From Octopus sinensis (Eukaryota), in contig NC_043009.1 of assembly GCF_006345805.1 (NCBI RefSeq), positions 25,110,001-25,174,000 of the forward strand: DNA of 64,000 nt, written 5' to 3'. Positions 11,961-24,832 of this stretch are shown here, in pieces. A model generated the notes under the pieces. It saw only the letters and a program-made list of their open reading frames with translations, did no database searches and was not told the DNA's origin. The position numbers and the translations under genes are program-made. Positions within the stretch are counted from its first letter, which is position 1, and each line of letters starts with the position of its first letter.

Positions 11961-12479
11961 CATTTAGTGTTTAATCAATTCAAGTTTCGGAGTTCCCTTA
12001 TTTTTCTTCACAAGATATGTCATTAACGCTAATAAATTTTCTCCACATAAAGGCTTTAATTTCAATTGATAATGAAAATACATTTTGGCTCGCTGCATTA
12101 CGTTAGCCTGCTGTATACATACATGCATACACACTGTATACATACATACATGCATACACACACACACACACATACAATTATATATATACAGATAAACACA
12201 TATAATTAAATACGTATACATACATGTATACATGCATATATGCGCATTCGTCTACACACACATAATGGAATGCAATTAATGGGAGATGTTATAAATGGGT
12301 TTGTAAATTATGACGGAATCACCAGATATCATTCCTTAGGCAAGTCAAACCACCTGTCTCCTTTGTGGAGTCTACAGGTCTCTGGTCTCTAACGTATGAC
12401 AGTAACATGCATATTTTATGTATGCTTGCATGCATACAAGTATACACATATACATTCATACATAAATATATACATACAG

Positions 12480-12639
12480 ACGTAAGAGTGGCTGTATGGT
12501 AAGTAGCTTGCTTACGAACCACGGAGTTCCGGGTTCAGTCCCGCTGCGTGGCACCTAGGAAAGTGTCCTCTACTATAGCCTCGGGCCGACTAAAGCCTTG
12601 TGAGTGGATTTGGTAGACAGAAACTGAAAGAAGCCCGTC

Positions 12640-12726
<87 letters not shown>

Positions 12727-12945
12727 TTGTATGTGTGTGTATATTTGTGTGTCTGTGTTTGTCCTCCCAACATTGTTTGACAACCGATACTGGTGTGTTT
12801 ATGTCCCCGTAACTTAGCGGTTCGGCATAAGAGACCGATAGAATAAGTACTAGGCTTACAAAGAATAAGTCCTGGGGTCGATTTGTTCGACTAAAGGCGG
12901 TGCTCCAGTATGACCACAGTCAAATGACTGAAACAAGTAAAAGAG
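12480..12945 (+). mobile_element. SINE family A, full length
   Basis: A-box-like tggctgtatggtaag, B-box-like gggttcagtccc, internal (TA)n, tail aaggcggtgctccagtatgaccacagtcaaatgactgaaac. Confidence 0.92.
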
Positions 12946-13090
12946 TATACGTGCTTATATAAATGAATAAATGAAAGGAAATTGGAATGAACAATCGTTA
13001 TTTAAAAACCCACTACAATTGTTTCCACACGTTTTGACACTTTTGGTACATTGGTGTGGCTTTGTGTAAACGCTATTATACATCCAACAC

Positions 13091-13490
13091 GGCGAACTGG
13101 CAGAAACGTTAGCACGCCGGGCGAAATGCGTAGCCGTATTTCGTCTGCCGTTACGTTCTGAGTTCAAATTTCGCCGAGGTCAACATTGCCTTTCATCATT
13201 TCGGGGTCGATAAATTAAGTACCAGTTACGCACTGGAGTCGATATAATTAACTTAATCCGTTTGTCTGTCCTTGTTTGTCTTCTCTGTGTTTAGCCCCTC
13301 GTGGGTAGTAAAGAAATAGGTATTTCATCTGGCGCTAAGTTCTGAGTTCAAATTCCGCTGAGGTCAACCTCATCTTTCAGCCTTTCACGATCGATAAATT
13401 AGATACCAGTCAAGTACAGGGGTCGATGTAATCGACTATTCCCCTCCTCACAAATTCCAGGCCTTGTGCCTATAATAGAAAGGATTATTA
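13091..13490 (+). mobile_element. SINE family B, dimeric
   Basis: Two successive gttctgagttcaaattyCgc B-box bodies; ends ttgtgcctataatagaaaggattatta. Confidence 0.9.
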
Positions 13491-14525
13491 TACACCCAAG
13501 GTGCAAAATTAGCGTCGTATAGCATTCCGTAGCTTTGTTGTTAGGGTATTCGGCTCAAGGTCCTAAAGTCCTGAGTTGGAAATTATCCTTTCTTTTTGAT
13601 TTTCAAAGAGAAATTCACATCAGCAGGACTGCTGAACTCTATGTATGTATGTCTCTTCTATTTTTTAATTATTATAAATCTTCCATTAAGGAGGGAGCCG
13701 GTCTCCAACAAAAATATAAGGCTCCATCTCTGGGAAGTAGTTAACTCAGACAAATTCACATTTGGAACTTGAGAAAAGTCTGGCATATTTTTACTGTTCC
13801 ACTCAGACTGCACTTGTAATGTACGAATTAGCTGGTCAGTTTCTCTTTCTGAAAATCCCAGTTTATCCATATTCACCTTAAGCATTTACTAACAAACCCA
13901 AGTGCTCCAATTATTATCGGTATGAATATGAATTCATAGTCTGGATATAGGAACTGGAGGTTTCGAAGCAATAGTCCATAGATATCCTTTGATTTTTAAA
14001 GAGATATTTATATCTGCAGGGCAGCTGGCCTCTATGACGGTACAAACCTTTGCCCCTCTGTCCCGGCCTGTTATGTTTACATTTGACAGAAAATTTGACG
14101 GGAATATTCTACCTGTGTTCCTTGAGTTGGAGTTTATGAATGTATTCCATAACAGAGGGATTTTCGAAGTTTATTTAAGGACAGTCATTTTGTGGATGGC
14201 ATTGTAAATTGTTTTAGCAACAACATCGTGCTGCATAGGATGGTAGTACCGTGATGACATTTTAGGGCGGCTGCTAATCACATGAGCGATGTGTTCCACA
14301 GAAACATGGCATAGTCTACACATGCGATTGCACCTTGGGATTACAAGAGCGTCACTAAATCTCTTGTTCACCAGGTACTTTGTGGCAATCTCCTTTTCCT
14401 GAATTGCAAACGCATAGCCTATAAAGTGTGATGTGATATAGTGCTCCTCTGTCCAAGAGGGGCTGCGCTTCGTGTCAATTCTACTGTCTTCTTGAAGCTT
14501 CCGGGCAACATACCCATGCCTGATC
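13490..14525 (-). mobile_element. RLE-type (R4/Dong-like) non-LTR retrotransposon 3' fragment, decayed
   Basis: Minus strand HGYVARKL...AFAIQEKEIATKYL, degenerate CCHC knuckle CRLCHVSVEHIAHVISS(R)P followed by HDVVAK, then PIIIGALGFVSKC; the 3' end abuts TAATAAT. Confidence 0.8.
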
Positions 14526-14639
14526 GTTTTTTTATGCTATGTGATTTCCATCCAGGTTTTTTCTGAGGTATGTATGTATGAATGTATGTATGTATAGTTC
14601 AAATTTACAGAAAATAAAAGACGAAGGCAGGTGGGGAAA

Positions 14640-17600
14640 AATTTTAGAAAACATTTTTCAAAATCCTATGAAAACTTTCTCAAAATTTTCGTCAAAATCC
14701 TTTGAAAAATTTTTAATATTTTTGTCAGAATCCTTTGGAAACTTTTTCATAATTTTTGTCAAAATCCTTTGAAAACTTTTGAAAACTTTTGAAAACCGTT
14801 TCAAAAACCTTTGAAAAGTGTTTGAAAATTTTTGTCAAAAACATTTGAAAACATTTGAAAACTTTTTCCAAATCCTTTGAAAACTTTTTGAAGCTTTTCG
14901 TCAAAATCCTTTCAAAACTTTTCAAAACAATTTTCAAAATCCTTTCAAAACTTTTCAAAACAATTTTCAAAATCCTTTCAAAACAATTTTCAAAATCCTT
15001 TCAAAACTTTTTCAAAATTTTTGAGGAAATCATCTGAAAAGTATCGAAAACTTTTTCAAAAGCTTTTGAAAACTTTTTCAAAATTTTCGTCAAAATCATT
15101 TGAAAACATTTAAAAAATTTTTGAAAACTTTTGAAAACTTTTTTCAAAATCATTTGAGAACTTTTTCAAAAGGTTCGTTGAACTCCTTCGAAAAATTTTG
15201 AGAAATATTTTCAAAATACTTTGAAATCTTCAAAACTTTTTTCAAACTCCTTTGGAAACATTTTCAAAATTTTCGTCAAAATCATTTGAAAATTTTGAAA
15301 ACTATTTTCAAAATCCTTTGAAAACTTTTTCTAAATTTTTGTGGAAATCATCTGAAAATTATTGAAAACTTTTTTCAAAATCCTTTAAAAATTTTTCAAA
15401 ATTTTCGTCAAAATAATTTGAAAACTTTTTCAAAATTTTCGTCAAAAACCTTTGAAAACCTTATCAAAATGTTCGCCAAAATCTTTTGAAAACTTTTTCA
15501 AAACTTTTGTTACAATCCTTTGAAAACTTTTGAAAACTGTTTTCAAAATCTTTTGACGTCTTTTTCAAAATTTTTGTGGAAATCATTTGGAAACTACTGA
15601 AAACTTTTTACAGAATCCTTTGAAAACTTTTTCAAAATTTTCGTCAAAATCCTTTGAAAACTTTCTCAAAATTTTCGTAAAAATTCTTGGAAAACTTGTT
15701 CAAAATTTTTGCCAAAATCCTTTGGAAATTTCGAAAGCTATTTTCAAAATCCTTTGAAAACTATTTCAAAATTTTTGTGGAAATCATCTGCAAAAATTTT
15801 TCAAAATCCTTTGAAAACTTTTTCAAAATTTTTCAAAATCCTTTGAAAACTTTTTCAAAATTTTTCAAAATCCTTTGAAAACTTTTTCAAAATTTTCGTC
15901 AAAATCATTTGAAAATTTTGAAAACTATTTTCAAAATCCTTTGAAAACTTTTTCTAAATTTTTGTGGAAATCATCTGAAAATTATTGAAAACTTTTTTCA
16001 AAATCCTTTAAAAATTTTTCAAAATTTTCGTCAAAATAATTTGAAAACTTTTTCAAAATTTTCGTCAAAAACCTTTGAAAACCTTATCAAAATGTTCGCC
16101 AAAATCTTTTGAAAACTTTTTCAAAACTTTTGTTACAATCCTTTGAAAACTTTTGAAAACTGTTTTCAAAATCTTTTGACGTCTTTTTCAAAATTTTTGT
16201 GGAAATCATTTGGAAACTACTGAAAACTTTTTACAGAATCCTTTGAAAACTTTTTCAAAATTTTCGTCAAAATCCTTTGAAAACTTTCTCAAAATTTTCG
16301 TAAAAATTCTTGGAAAACTTGTTCAAAATTTTTGCCAAAATCCTTTGGAAATTTCGAAAGCTATTTTCAAAATCCTTTGAAAACTATTTCAAAATTTTTG
16401 TGGAAATCATCTGCAAAAATTTTTCAAAATCCTTTGAAAACTTTTTCAAAATTTTTCAAAATCATTTGAAAACTTTTTCAAAATTTTCGTCAAAATCCTT
16501 TCAAAACTTCTTCAAAATAATTGTGGAAATCATCTGAAAACTATTGAAAACTTTTCGTCAAAATCATTCGACAACTTTTTCAAAAGTTTTGTCAAAATCT
16601 TTCGAAAACTTGTTCAAAATTTTCGTAAAAATCCTTTGAAAAGTGTTTCAAAATTTTTGTGGAAATCACCTGAAAACTATTGAAAACCTTTTTCAATGTC
16701 CTTTAAAACTTTTTGAAAAATTTTCGTCATAGTCCTTTGAAACCTTTTTCAAAATTCTCGTCAAAATCATTTGAAAACTTTTTCAAAATTTTCGTCAAAT
16801 TCCTTTGAAAATATTTCCAAAATTTTTCTTAAAATCCTTTGAAAACTTTTTCACAATTTTCGTCAAAATCCCGTGAAAACTTTTTCAAATTTTTGTGGAA
16901 ATCATCTGAAGACTATTGAAAATTCGTTTCAAAATCCTTTAAAATCATTTGAAAAATTTTCGTCAAAATCTTCTTCAAGCCTTTTTGGGAAATCAAAATC
17001 CTTTGAAAACTTTTTTATAAATTCGTCAAAATCCTATGAAACCTTTTTCAATATTTTCGTCAAATACTTTGAAATCTTTTTCATAATTTTCGTCAAAATC
17101 CTTTAAAAACTTTTGAAAAATTTTCGTCAAAATCTTTTGAAAACGTTTTTTTCAAAATCCTTTGAAAACTTTTTCACAATTTTCGTCAACATCCTTTGAA
17201 AACATATTCAAAATTTTCGTCAAAATCCCGAGAAACCTTTTTCAAAATTTTCGTCAAAATCTTCTTCAAGCCTTTTTGGGAAATCAAAATCCTCTGAAAA
17301 CTTTTTCAAAAACTCTTTTCAAAATCCTTTAAAATCATTTGAAAAATTTTCGTCAAAATCCTTTGGAAACTTTTTCAAAATTTTCGTCAAATTCCTTTGA
17401 AAACTTTTAAAAAATTTTCGTCAAAATCCTGTGGAAAGTTTTTCAATATTTTCCTGAAATTCCTTTGTAACCTTTTTCAAAATTTTCATCAAAATCCTTT
17501 GAAAACTTTTTCAAAAACTCTTTTCAAAATCCTTTGAAAACTTTTTCAAAATCCTTTGAAAACTTTTTCAAAATTTTCTCAAAATCCTTTGCAAACTTTT

Positions 17601-18806
17601 TGAATACTTTTATCAAATTCGTTTGAAAACTTTTTCAAATTTTTGTGAAAATCATCTGAAAACTATTGAAAACTTTTTCAAAATCCTTTAAAACTTTTGA
17701 AAAATTTTCGTAAAAATCCTTTGAAAACTTTTTTAAATCCTTTGAAAACTTTTACAAATTTTTGTGGAAATCATCTGAAGACTATTGAAAATTTGTTTCA
17801 AAATCCTTTAAAATCATTTGAAAAATTTTCGTCAAAATCCTTTGGAAACTTTTTCAAAATTTTCGTCAAAATCCTTTGAAAACGTTTTCAAAACTTTCGT
17901 CAAATTCCTTTGAAAACTTTTTCAAAACTTTTTGTCAAAATCCTCTGAAAACTTTTTCAAAATTTTTGTGAAAATCATCTGAAAACATTTAAAAACTTTT
18001 TTCAATATCCTTTGAAAACTTTTTCAAAATTTTCGTCAAATTCCTTTGAAATCTTTTACAAAGTTTTTGTCAAAATCGTTTGAAAACTTTTTCAAAATTT
18101 TTGTCAAAATCGTTTGAAAACTTTTTCAAAATTTTCGTCAAAATTCTTTAAAAACTTTTTCAAATTTTTGTGGAAATCATCTGAAAACTATTCAAAACTT
18201 TTTTCAAAATCCTTCAAAAACTTTTTCAAAATTTTCGTCAAAATCTTTTGAAAACTTTTTCAAAATTCTTTGAAAACTTTTTTGAAAATTTTTGTGGAAA
18301 TCATCTGAAAACTTATGAAAACTTTTTTCAAAATCCTTTGAAAACTTTTCACAATTTTCCTCAAAATCGTTTGAAAACTTTTTTTCAAAATTTTCATTAA
18401 AATCCTTTCAAAACTTTTGAAAACTATTTTCAGAATCCTTTGAAAACTTCTTCAAACCTTTTTTGGAAATCAAAATCCTTTGAAAACTTTTTTATAATTT
18501 CCGTCAAAATCCTATGAAACCTTTTTCAATATTTCCGTCAAATCCTTTGAAAACTTTTTCAAAATTTTCGTCAAATTCCTTTGAAAACATATTCAAAATG
18601 TTCGTCAAAATCCCGTGGAAATCATCTGAAGACTATTGAAAATTCGTTTCAAAATCCTTTAAAATCATTTGAAAAATTTTCGTCAAAATCCTTTGGAAAC
18701 TTTTTCAAAATTTTCGTCAAAATCCTTCGAAAACTTTCGAAAAGTTTTTTTTTAAATCCTTTGAAAACGTTTTCAAAATTTTTGTCGAAATCCTCTCAAA
18801 CTTTAT
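14640..18806. repeat. AT-rich satellite, ~34-bp degenerate unit built of ~11-bp subunits
   Basis: Consensus TTTGAAAACTTTTTCAAAATTTTCGTCAAAATCC repeated with variants over about 4.2 kb. Confidence 0.95.
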
Positions 18807-18824
18807 AAAACTTTGTATTCGTTT

Positions 18825-18960
18825 CTGTGCTTGTGACTCTCATACTGCTTGACAACTGGTGCTAGTTTATTTACCTCATACCTTAAAATAAACTAAAATA
18901 ACGGGATCGATATAATGGTCTGAAACCGTTGAAGTCGGTACCCCAGCATGGCCGCAATCC
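18825..18960 (+). mobile_element. SINE family A 3' half, diverged
   Basis: gcttgacaactggtgct ... ccccagcatggccgcaatcc. Confidence 0.65.
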
Positions 18961-19022
18961 GTTTATTTATAACAAAAAATTCCACCGTAAATGAGATCGA
19001 TTGCTAGCAGCAGAAGCAGTAG

Positions 19023-19087
<65 letters not shown>

Positions 19088-19114
19088 TAGTAGTAGTAGT
19101 AGTAATAGTAGTAA

Positions 19115-19155
<41 letters not shown>

Positions 19156-19689
19156 AGAAGGGGAAGAGTAAGAGGTTTACAAATTGAAGGAGTAGGAGCG
19201 AGGCAGAAAAGAGAGGGACAGGAGGAGAAGGACGAGGTGAGGAATGAGAGGAGACGGAAACAAAAGGAAGTAGATGGTGGGCGATGGTTGGGGTGGGCAT
19301 GAGGGTAGGGGAAGAGGCAGAGGAAGAAAAGTGTAGAAAGGAGCAAAAGCAGGTGAAAGAGAAGAAAGATAGGAATGAAAAGAAGCAAACAAATGAAAGG
19401 ACGGGAAAAGGATTGGTCGGTGATGGTGGTGGTGGTGACTATGGCGGTGGCAGTGCTAGGAAGAAATAAGGTAATGTGTGGGAGGAGAAAGAGAGAGAGT
19501 GAAACACACACACACACACGCAGAGAAAGCGAATGAGAGAGAGAGAAAGAGAGAAAAAGAGAAAGGTAGAGAAAGAAAGAGAGAGAGAGAGAGAGATGGA
19601 CTAAGTGTGGGTTAATAGAAATTTGGTAAGGAATTTTTGATGATGGACGGCCACTGTCAGCCAACGGCGTGGATTTGTTTAGGAACGTC

Positions 19690-21210
19690 GTGAGAGAGAC
19701 ACAGAGACAGAGGTAAGTCGAGAGGAAGGAAGGAAGAAAGGAGCGAACGAGAAAGAAAGAAAGAAGAAGAAAGAAAGAAAGAAAGAAAGAAGAGGAAGGA
19801 AGGAAGGAAGGAAGGCAGGAAGGAAGGAAGGAAAGAAGGAAAGAAGGAAGGAAAGAAGGAAGGAAGGAAGGAAGGAAGGAAAGAAAGAAGGAAAGAAAGA
19901 AGGAAGGAAAGAAGGAAAGAAGGAAAGAAAGAAGGAAGGAAGAAGGAAGAAGGAAGGAAGGAAAGAAGGAAGGAAAGAAAGAAGGAAAGAAGAAGAAGGA
20001 AAGAAAGAAGGAAGGAAGGAAGGAAGGAAAGAAAGAAGGAAAGAAGGAAAGAAGGAAGGAAGGAAGGAAGGACGGCAGGAAGGAAAGAAGGAAAGAAGGA
20101 AGGAAAGAAGAAGGAAAAAGGAAAGAAGGAAGGAAGGAAGGAAGGAAAGAAAGAAGGAAAGAAGAAGGAAAGAAGGAAAGAAGGAAGAAGGAAGGAAGAA
20201 GGAAGAAAGAAGGAAAGAAGGAAGGAAAGAAAGAAGGAAAGAAAGAAGGAAGGAAGGAAGGAAGGAAGGAAAGAAGGAAAGAAGGAAGGAAAGAAAGAAG
20301 GAAAGAAGAAGAAAGAAAGAAAAAAGGAAGGAAAGAAAGAAAGAAGGAAGGAAGGAAGGAAAGAAGGAAAGAAAGAAGGAAAGAAGGAAAGAAGGAAGGA
20401 AGGAAGGAAGGAAGGAAGGAAGGAAAGAAGGAAGGAAAGAAAGAAGGAAAGAAGGAAAGAAGGAAGGAAGGAAGGAAGGAAGGAAGGAGGAAAGAAAGAA
20501 GGAAAGAAAGAAGGAGGAAGGAAGGAAGGAAGGAAGGAAAGAAAGAAGGAGGAAAGAAGGAAAGAAGAAAGAAGAAGGAAGAAGGAAAAGAAGGAAAGAA
20601 AGAAGGAAAGAAAGAAGGAAGGAAGGAGGAAGAAGAAGGAAGAAGAAGGAAAGAAAGAAGGAAAGAAGAAGGAAGAAAGAAGGAAAGAAGAAGGAAGGAA
20701 GGAAGGAAGGAAGGAAGGAAAGAAGGAAGAGGAAAGAAGGAAGAAGGAAGGAGGAAGGAAGGAAGGAAAGAGGAAGGAAGAAAGAGGAGAAGGAAAGAAG
20801 GAAGGAAGGAAGGAAGGAAGGAAGGAAGGAAGGAAGGAAGGAAGGAAGGAAGGAGGAAGAAAGAAGGAAAGAAAGAAGGAAGGAAGGAAGGAAAGAAAGA
20901 AGGAAGGAAAGAAGGAAAGAAGGAAAGAAGGAAAGAAGGAAAGAAAGAAGGAAGGAAGGAAGGAAAGAAAGAAGGAAGGAAGGAAAGAAGGAAAGAAAGA
21001 AAGAAAGGAAGAAGGAAGGAAAGAAAGATAGGTAGGTAGGAAAGACGAAAACGAAAAAGATAGGAAGCAAGGAAAGAAGAGATAGACAGAAAGAAGGAAA
21101 GACAGGGAAAGGCAGGAAGGAAGGAAGGAAGGGAGGGAGAGAGGGAGGAAAGAGAAGAAGGAAATGAGAGAAAGGAAAAGGGAAAAGAAGGAGGAAGAAA
21201 GAAGCTGTCT
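19690..21210. repeat. Polypurine (GGAA/GAAA/GAA)n tract, about 1.5 kb
   Basis: Almost only A and G on the plus strand; source of the 463-769 aa F/L/P/S ORFs on the minus strand. Confidence 0.95.
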
Positions 21211-21254
21211 GATATTATCACACACACACATGCACACACGCTCGCACACATACA

Positions 21255-21440
21255 CAGACCACCGCTTGACAACCTCTGTTGATGTGTTCATATCCCCCAT
21301 AACCTAGCGGTTCGACATAAGAGATTGATAGAATAAAAACCAGGCTTCACTAAATAAGTACTGGAGTCAAATCGTTCGGTTATTACCCGATGCGGTGTCC
21401 CAGCATGGCCGCAGTCTAATGAACGAAGCAGGTAAGACAA
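21255..21440 (+). mobile_element. SINE family A 3' half
   Basis: ccgcttgacaacc...aacctagcggttcgac...gcggtgtcccagcatggccgcagtctaatgaacgaa. Confidence 0.75.
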
Positions 21441-21601
21441 AAATAACAGATATCTATCTATCTATATGTCTGTCTGCCGATCTATCTGTCCGTCCGTATG
21501 TCTCTCTATCTGTCTCTGTCTCTCTGTCTCTCTATCTCTCTGTCTGTCTCTCTATCTGTCTCTGTCTCTCTGTCTCTCTGTCTGTCTCTCTCTCTCCCTC
21601 C

Positions 21602-21701
<100 letters not shown>

Positions 21702-21904
21702 ACGGGCTTTTTTCAGATAGATAGGTAGATAAGATAGAAAGACAGATAGATAGATAAGAGAGAGATATATATAATGAAAAATGAGGTCCCAGAATGAAGA
21801 AGGCACGCACATGCACGCACCCACGCACTCACATACACCCACATACACATCCACATAGACACCCACACCCACATACATCCAAACACAGTCATTTATTATT
21901 TTAC

Positions 21905-22035
21905 TATTTTCAGTCATTGAACCGCGGCCATGCTGGGGCAACGTGTTCTAAGTTTTAGTCGGTAATATCAAGCATAGAATTTCTATCACAGACTGGTATT
22001 TATTTTATCGATAGTCATTCGACGAACAGCTAAGT
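21905..22035 (-). mobile_element. SINE family A 3' part
   Basis: ttttcagtcattgaaccgcggccatgctggggca is the reverse of the family A tail. Confidence 0.65.
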
Positions 22036-22114
22036 CATGCCCCAGAAACGGATACAGCACAAACAATACAGATTTTTGAAACTAGCGGACACATAAAAAG
22101 TGCACACACATAAG

Positions 22115-22345
22115 GTTGTCCTCAGCGGGATTTGAACTCGGAACATAAAGAACGGGAAAAAATATCACAAGGCAGTTTTTCGGTTCTTTGTTTTCTGATT
22201 TCGAATCCTGCCGAAGTTACCTTAGCCTTTCATCTTTTCCGGGTCGATAAATAAAGTACCAGTCAAGTTCTTGGTTTGATGTAATCGACTTACTCCTCGC
22301 TTCAAAATTCCTGGCCTTGTGCGAAAATTTGAAGCAATTTTCTTT
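22115..22345. mobile_element. SINE family B fragments, diverged (short minus piece then plus piece)
   Basis: gcgggatttgaactcggaac (minus), then cctttcatcttttccgggtcgataaataaagtaccag...cctggccttgtgc (plus). Confidence 0.6.
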
Positions 22346-23177
22346 TTAATGACACATGTATAAGAACGAGTGAGTTAAGTGTGGTAATTTAATGTACTAG
22401 AAGTTGCAGCCAGATCTTCCTCAAAGCACACATTACTTAGCATTTTATGAAAGAAATATTATAATAGATGACGGTCAGAAAAAGAAAATGAGAGAAAAGA
22501 AAAGAAAAGAAAAATAAGAAAATGCGAGATAGTCACGGGCTGAAAGTACGTCAACACAGAAAAACAATAAGATCAACAACGCAGAGCAACTTTGTGCGTG
22601 AGAGAATAAAATTGTAAACGATGGCTGTGCATAAAATGTTTACAGAAGACGTCACAAACATTGGAGCAATTCGACTGGATTCTCTCACATATCAATCAGT
22701 CAGAACAAAGCAGCTCAAATAAATATATAAATGAATAAATAGCGTACATTAAATAAATCCCGAATTATTACAAAATGCAATACAGAAAACCGGAAGTGCT
22801 GCCATTATCATCTCTGAGAAAATTCTGCACATAATATAACGACGACAACGAATACATCCTCCGTATGAATTCTCAGGTACGTTTCCCACGAAATACACAA
22901 TGTCATCTAAGATAGCCAATGTTGAACACAATGTGTTTATTACGAAGGAGCCTCTTCGTCGGGATCTCTTATTCTTTTTAAAATTCGAGACGCGCTAGAA
23001 ATCAAATAAAAGAATAAATTTTGATGCACTTTACATAGAAAAATTGGAAAAGAAAAAATAGTGTTGTTTCAGAGTCGAACTAAACATTTCCCTATTTTGA
23101 GACCAACCCGCCTAAAACCGCCTCTGATTCTACGACACGAAGTCTTTGTTTTCAGGTGACCTAATTTATAGCCGTTT

Positions 23178-23375
23178 TCGTGTGGTGCAGAAGCTTGCTT
23201 CGCAACTATATGGTTTTGAGTTCAGTTCCACCAAGCGGTACCTTGAGCAAGTGTCTTCTACAGCCTCAGATTTTAGGAGAGAAATTGGTAATCGGAACTG
23301 CGTTGAAGCGTTGTGTGTGTATGTGTGTGAGTGTGTGTGTGTGTGAATGTGTGTGTGTGTGAATGTGTGTGTGTG

Positions 23376-23413
<38 letters not shown>

Positions 23414-23650
23414 TTTGTGTGTCTCTGTGTCTGTGTTTATCTTCCTCCCGGCCGCTTGACAGCCGGTGTTGGTTTGTTTAAGTCCTCGTAACTTGGCGAT
23501 CCTGTAATAACTGCCCGATAGGAAAAGTACGAAAACTAAACAAATATATAAATAAGTAAATAAATAGTGAAATCGATGTGTGTTCGACTAAAACTTTTCA
23601 AAACGTTGCCCCAGCATGGCCGCAATCCAATGACTGAGAGACATCAAAAA
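23178..23650 (+). mobile_element. SINE family A, diverged, expanded internal microsatellite
   Basis: gtggtgcagaagcttgctt, gagttcagttccac, tail ttgccccagcatggccgcaatccaatgactga. Confidence 0.8.
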
Positions 23651-23669
23651 CGAAACATTATTTTTCATC

Positions 23670-23912
23670 TTTCACTTGATTCAGTCATTGGATTTCGGCC
23701 ATGCAAGGGTAACGCGTTGAAGGGTTTTAGTCGAACAAATTGACCTTAAGAAATGTTTGTTTTTGAACCCAAGTACTTATTCTATCGTTTTATTTGGTCG
23801 AACCGCTAAGTTACAAGGACATAAATATACCAACACTATCAAGCGCTGTTGAGGGAACAAACACAGACACACACATACATAAACACATACATACATACAT
23901 ACATACATACAT

Positions 23913-23967
<55 letters not shown>

Positions 23968-23968
23968 A

Positions 23969-24000
<32 letters not shown>

Positions 24001-24137
24001 GACGAGCTTCTTTCAGTTTCCGTTTTCCATATCATCTCACAAGACTTTGGTCGGCCTGAGTCTATATAGTAGACACTTGCTCAAGGTACAACGCAGTGGG
24101 ACTGAACCTGGAACCATGTGGTTTAGAAGCAAGTTTC
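23670..24137 (-). mobile_element. SINE family A, tail-to-tail with the previous copy
   Basis: ttcagtcattgg...ggccatgc and gcagtgggactgaacctggaaccatgtggtttagaagcaag. Confidence 0.85.
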
Positions 24138-24152
24138 TTATTTCTTTATTGC

Positions 24153-24240
24153 CCACAATTTGAACTCAGAACGTAGCGACAGACGAAATACCGCCAAGCA
24201 CTTCGTCCGGTGTCCTAACCATTCTGCCTGCTCGCTGCCT
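24153..24240 (-). mobile_element. SINE family B 5' part, head abutting (AAT)n
   Basis: atttgaactcagaacgtagcgacagacgaaatacc...ctgcctgctcgctgcct. Confidence 0.75.
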
Positions 24241-24251
24241 TAATAATAATA

Positions 24252-24296
<45 letters not shown>

Positions 24297-24306
24297 AATG
24301 ATAATG

Positions 24307-24372
<66 letters not shown>

Positions 24373-24418
24373 TAATTAATATAATAATAAATAATAATTA
24401 ATAATAATGATAATGATA

Positions 24419-24454
<36 letters not shown>

Positions 24455-24496
24455 TAATAATAATAATAATAATAAAATAAAATAATAATTAATATA

Positions 24497-24549
<53 letters not shown>

Positions 24550-24583
24550 AATAAATAATAAGATAATAATGATAATAATAATA

Positions 24584-24675
<92 letters not shown>

Positions 24676-24678
24676 AAT

Positions 24679-24738
<60 letters not shown>

Positions 24739-24757
24739 TAATAATAATATAATAATG

Positions 24758-24830
<73 letters not shown>

Positions 24831-24832
24831 CA
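24241..24832. repeat. (AAT)n microsatellite, about 590 bp
   Basis: Direct observation. Confidence 0.95.

Noticed and set aside
14640-18806. CRISPR-like array (palindromic ~34-bp repeat)
   Set aside because: Units are contiguous and degenerate with no unique spacers, no cas genes are present, and the context is eukaryotic
14725-18808. Amphipathic antimicrobial-like peptides (KSFENFFKIFVKIL) from satellite ORFs
   Set aside because: A by-product of the 11-bp periodicity; ORFs are short, occur on both strands and are broken by frequent stops
18963-21300. Very long ORFs (769, 547 and 463 aa) on the minus strand
   Set aside because: All three frames are open only because a (TTCC/TTTC)n tract has no stop codons; the products are F/L/P/S low-complexity strings
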